Part shown: positions 23,544-24,000 of the stretch, in pieces
Layout of the letters: the number at the start of each line of letters is the position of its first letter
Numbering within the stretch: the first letter of the stretch is position 1
NCBI GenBank assembly: GCA_030372985.1
Contig: JAUCQB010000201.1
Location: 1 to 24,000, forward strand
DNA: 24,000 nucleotides
Source of the DNA: Phycisphaerae bacterium
Lineage (GTDB): Bacteria; Planctomycetota; Phycisphaerae; UBA1845; PWPN01
Direction: 5' to 3'
Notes under the pieces: generated by a model
Told to the model about the DNA's origin: nothing
The model's database searches: none
Seen by the model: only the letters and a program-made list of their open reading frames with translations
Translations under genes and position numbers: made by a program

Positions 23544-24000
23544 ACGATCCGATTGCCGCCGCTATTTCCGACCATCGCCGACTGCTTCAGGGTCTGGACG
23601 CCCACGGACCTCTGCTTCGCGACATCGCCCGAACAGTCATTGACGCCATCGAGGACGGCCACCGCGTGTTCATTCTGGGCAACGGGGGCAGCGCGGCCGA
23701 CGCCCAGCACATTGCCGCCGAACTGGTCGGCCGTTTCAAACGGGACCGGCGTCCCCTGCCGGCCATCGCACTGACCACGGATACCTCTAATCTGCTGTCC
23801 ATCGGCAACGATTACGGCTTCGGCCATGTGTTCACCCGCCAGGTGGAGGGGCTGGTTCGGGCCGGAGACGTGGTCTGGGCCTTGTCCACCTCCGGGAATT
23901 CATCCAATGTGCTTGAGGCGGTCCAGGCCGCACGGTTGCTGGAGGCCTGCGTGATCGGCTTCTCCGGAAGAACGGGCGGCAGGCTAAAGCCTCTTTGTGA
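23540..24000 (+). CDS. gmhA: D-sedoheptulose-7-phosphate isomerase (phosphoheptose isomerase), 3'-truncated by the window end
   Basis: Manual translation from ATG 23540 (ATGA overlap with the hldE stop): MNDPIAAAISDHRRLL...VFILGNGGSAADAQHIAAELVGRF...LSTSGNSSNV. This is the SIS-domain GmhA pattern. There is no stop before 24000. Confidence 0.9.
   Translation, partial: MNDPIAAAISDHRRLLQGLDAHGPLLRDIARTVIDAIEDGHRVFILGNGGSAADAQHIAAELVGRFKRDRRPLPAIALTTDTSNLLSIGNDYGFGHVFTRQVEGLVRAGDVVWALSTSGNSSNVLEAVQAARLLEACVIGFSGRTGGRLKPLC

Noticed and set aside
1-24000. CRISPR arrays, rRNA/tRNA genes, IS elements, and long direct or inverted repeats
   Set aside because: I noticed no periodic repeat-spacer structure, no transposase-like ORF and no rRNA/tRNA signature strings on manual reading. 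A computational repeat, tRNAscan or Infernal scan would be needed to exclude them formally.

Overview
This window looks like a high-GC (roughly 60-65% by eye, not computed) bacterial chromosomal segment, tightly packed with mostly housekeeping genes. Several protein types suggest a Planctomycetota-like organism, but this is inference only: an HYExAFE-motif protein, a DUF2961/GH172 protein, CxxC...CPECG zinc-ribbon membrane proteins, and many tiny membrane-anchored ORFs. I support about 26 coding regions. On the minus strand: rsmD-cca plus two small membrane genes, a yhbY / class II aldolase / atypical MDR dehydrogenase group, a Zn-ADH followed by pgeF, and xerD. On the plus strand: ykgJ-like gene, hisS and HYExAFE protein; three tiny membrane proteins, bioB and a FabF-like ketosynthase; frr; a polytopic membrane protein; an HNH endonuclease; trpA; a GH172-family secreted protein; hldE and gmhA (cut by the window end). 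I saw no rRNA, tRNA, CRISPR array, transposase or phage block. Several intergenic regions carry near-consensus sigma70-type TTGnnn-N16/17-TAnnnT promoters. Nucleotides 10-42 are an untrimmed Illumina Nextera adapter, so the window starts at an assembly contig end. I found no clear multi-gene novel system. The best candidates for follow-up are: (i) a promoter-led operon of three tiny membrane proteins, two of them paralogs, running into bioB plus a tightly coupled KAS I/II-type ketosynthase; (ii) a divergent class II aldolase paired with an MDR dehydrogenase carrying a ~65-aa insertion between its zinc ligands; (iii) an HYExAFE protein with a PD-(D/E)xK-like motif; (iv) genes whose conserved N-termini lie upstream of any ATG/GTG/TTG start (the HNH gene and the zinc-ribbon gene). 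All functional calls come from motif recognition by eye. No database search was possible.
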